Source of the DNA: Vicinamibacterales bacterium
GTDB lineage: Bacteria > Acidobacteriota > Vicinamibacteria > Vicinamibacterales > UBA8438
Length of the DNA: 64,000 nt
Reading direction: 5' to 3'
Assembly: GCA_965205435.1 (NCBI GenBank)
Contig: CBDBHJ010000006.1
Location: forward strand, 217,251-281,250
Numbering within the stretch: position 1 is the stretch's first letter; the number at the start of each line of letters is the position of its first letter. The notes under the pieces were generated by a model. That model was given only the letters and a program-made list of their open reading frames with translations, did no database searches and was not told where the DNA came from. Shown here piece after piece: positions 63,292 to 64,000 of this stretch. Made by a program: the position numbers and the translations under genes.

Positions 63292-64000
63292 AGTAGTACT
63301 GGTACCGTGACGCGCTATATGGCGCTGACACTGACGTCCGATGAACGTACCGAACTGGAACGACGCGTTCGCAGTCTCAAGATCCGCGCGGAGGACGCGC
63401 GCCGCGCGCGCGTCATTCTGATGCTGGCTGACGGCGCATCGTACTCGGCGATCGAGGCCGCGGTGCCTTGCTACCGCGACTACGTCAATCGCTGGCGACG
63501 GCGCTTTCTGGCGGACCGCGTGGCGGGCCTGCAGCCGCGGTATCGCGGCCAGCCCCCGACGATTCTGACGCCGGCGATGGAAGCGCGCATTCTGGCGAAG
63601 ACGAGGCAGCGTCCGCCGGATGGCAGCACGCATTGGAGCACCCGCAAACTGGGCCGGTTGCTCGGCATCCATCACAACCTGGTCGCGAAAACGTGGCGGC
63701 GGGCCGGCCTGCAACCTCATCGGTTCGAGCGCTACATGCGGTCGGACGATCCGGACTTTGAACAGAAAGCCGCCGATGTGATCGGGCTGTATCTCAATCC
63801 GCCGCAACACGCCGCGGTGTTCGCCGTGGACGAGAAAACGGCGATTCAAGCCCTCGATCGCTTGGTCCCGGTGCTGCCGCTGTCGCCGGGGCGCGCCGAA
63901 CGGCACGGGTTCGAGTACTACCGCCATGGCACGTTGTCGTTGTTCGCCGCGCTCGATACCCAGTCCGGCGAGGTGTTCGGCCAGCCCGTGCCGCGCCACA
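63292..64000 (+). mobile_element. IS630-family insertion sequence, truncated by the window end
   Basis: Begins within 27 nt after the kinase stop. It carries the transposase below. The left terminal inverted repeat is not defined because the right end is outside the window. Confidence 0.7.
63319..64000 (+). CDS. IS630-family transposase (N-terminal about 227 aa, partial)
   Basis: My own translation from ATG 63319: MALTLTSDERTELERRV...RARVILMLADGASYSAI...STHWSTRKLG...FAVDEKTAIQALDR...HGFEYYRHGTLSLFAAL. It is absent from the ORF track because no stop occurs before the window end. Confidence 0.85.
   Translation, partial: MALTLTSDERTELERRVRSLKIRAEDARRARVILMLADGASYSAIEAAVPCYRDYVNRWRRRFLADRVAGLQPRYRGQPPTILTPAMEARILAKTRQRPPDGSTHWSTRKLGRLLGIHHNLVAKTWRRAGLQPHRFERYMRSDDPDFEQKAADVIGLYLNPPQHAAVFAVDEKTAIQALDRLVPVLPLSPGRAERHGFEYYRHGTLSLFAALDTQSGEVFGQPVPRH

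Noticed and set aside
63271-63999. 242-aa minus-strand ORF at the window end
   Set aside because: It is antisense to the clearly recognisable IS630 transposase frame on the + strand and is Arg-rich low-complexity.
1-64000. rRNA, tRNA, CRISPR arrays and the canonical parS site
   Set aside because: The intergenic space is small. I saw no cloverleaf-like or repeat-spacer structure. I saw only half-site matches to TGTTNCACGTGAAACA (e.g. GTTTCACG near 42033, CGTGAAAC near 62455).

Overview
This is a GC-rich, almost fully coding window from a diderm (Gram-negative type) bacterium. Tol-Pal, Lpt, sigma-54 and a secretin are all present. The phylum cannot be fixed from sequence alone. I found no rRNA, tRNA or CRISPR array. 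Gene order: (1) 1-11.9 kb, a type II secretion / type IV filament-like cluster (SLT transglycosylase, GspF, GspE, unfused PilM/N/O/P-like genes, a secretin with unusual terminal modules, GspG-like pseudopilins). (2) 12-17.2 kb (-), a murQ operon with two Na+/solute symporters and a beta-lactamase-fold hydrolase. (3) 17.3-23.7 kb (+), a hom-thrC-X-lysC-asd operon behind a leader with terminator/antiterminator architecture. (4) Two secreted metal/heme-motif proteins, xerD, metK, a PHP-domain protein. (5) A fused LptF-LptG permease, parB-parA, a bifunctional nuclease-family gene, miaB, recN. (6) tolQ-tolR-tolA-like-tolB-pal-cpoB-ssb. (7) A long minus-strand run: guaA-dnaE-accA-recJ-(giant LptC/LptA-like)-lptB-rpoN-hpf-rapZ-cupin. 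(8) A beta-propeller protein plus a 1322-aa multipass histidine kinase, followed directly by a truncated IS630-family transposase at the window edge. The most unusual items are the T2SS/T4P hybrid whose secretin carries a lipidated TPR N-terminus and a cohesin-like C-terminus, the covalently fused or concatenated Lpt components, the candidate attenuator upstream of hom, and the TIGR00300/LOR-SDH-like gene embedded in the aspartate-family operon. Many long ORFs in the supplied track are antisense or out-of-frame shadows typical of high-GC DNA and were rejected. All family assignments come from motif recognition by eye and need HMM or BLAST confirmation.
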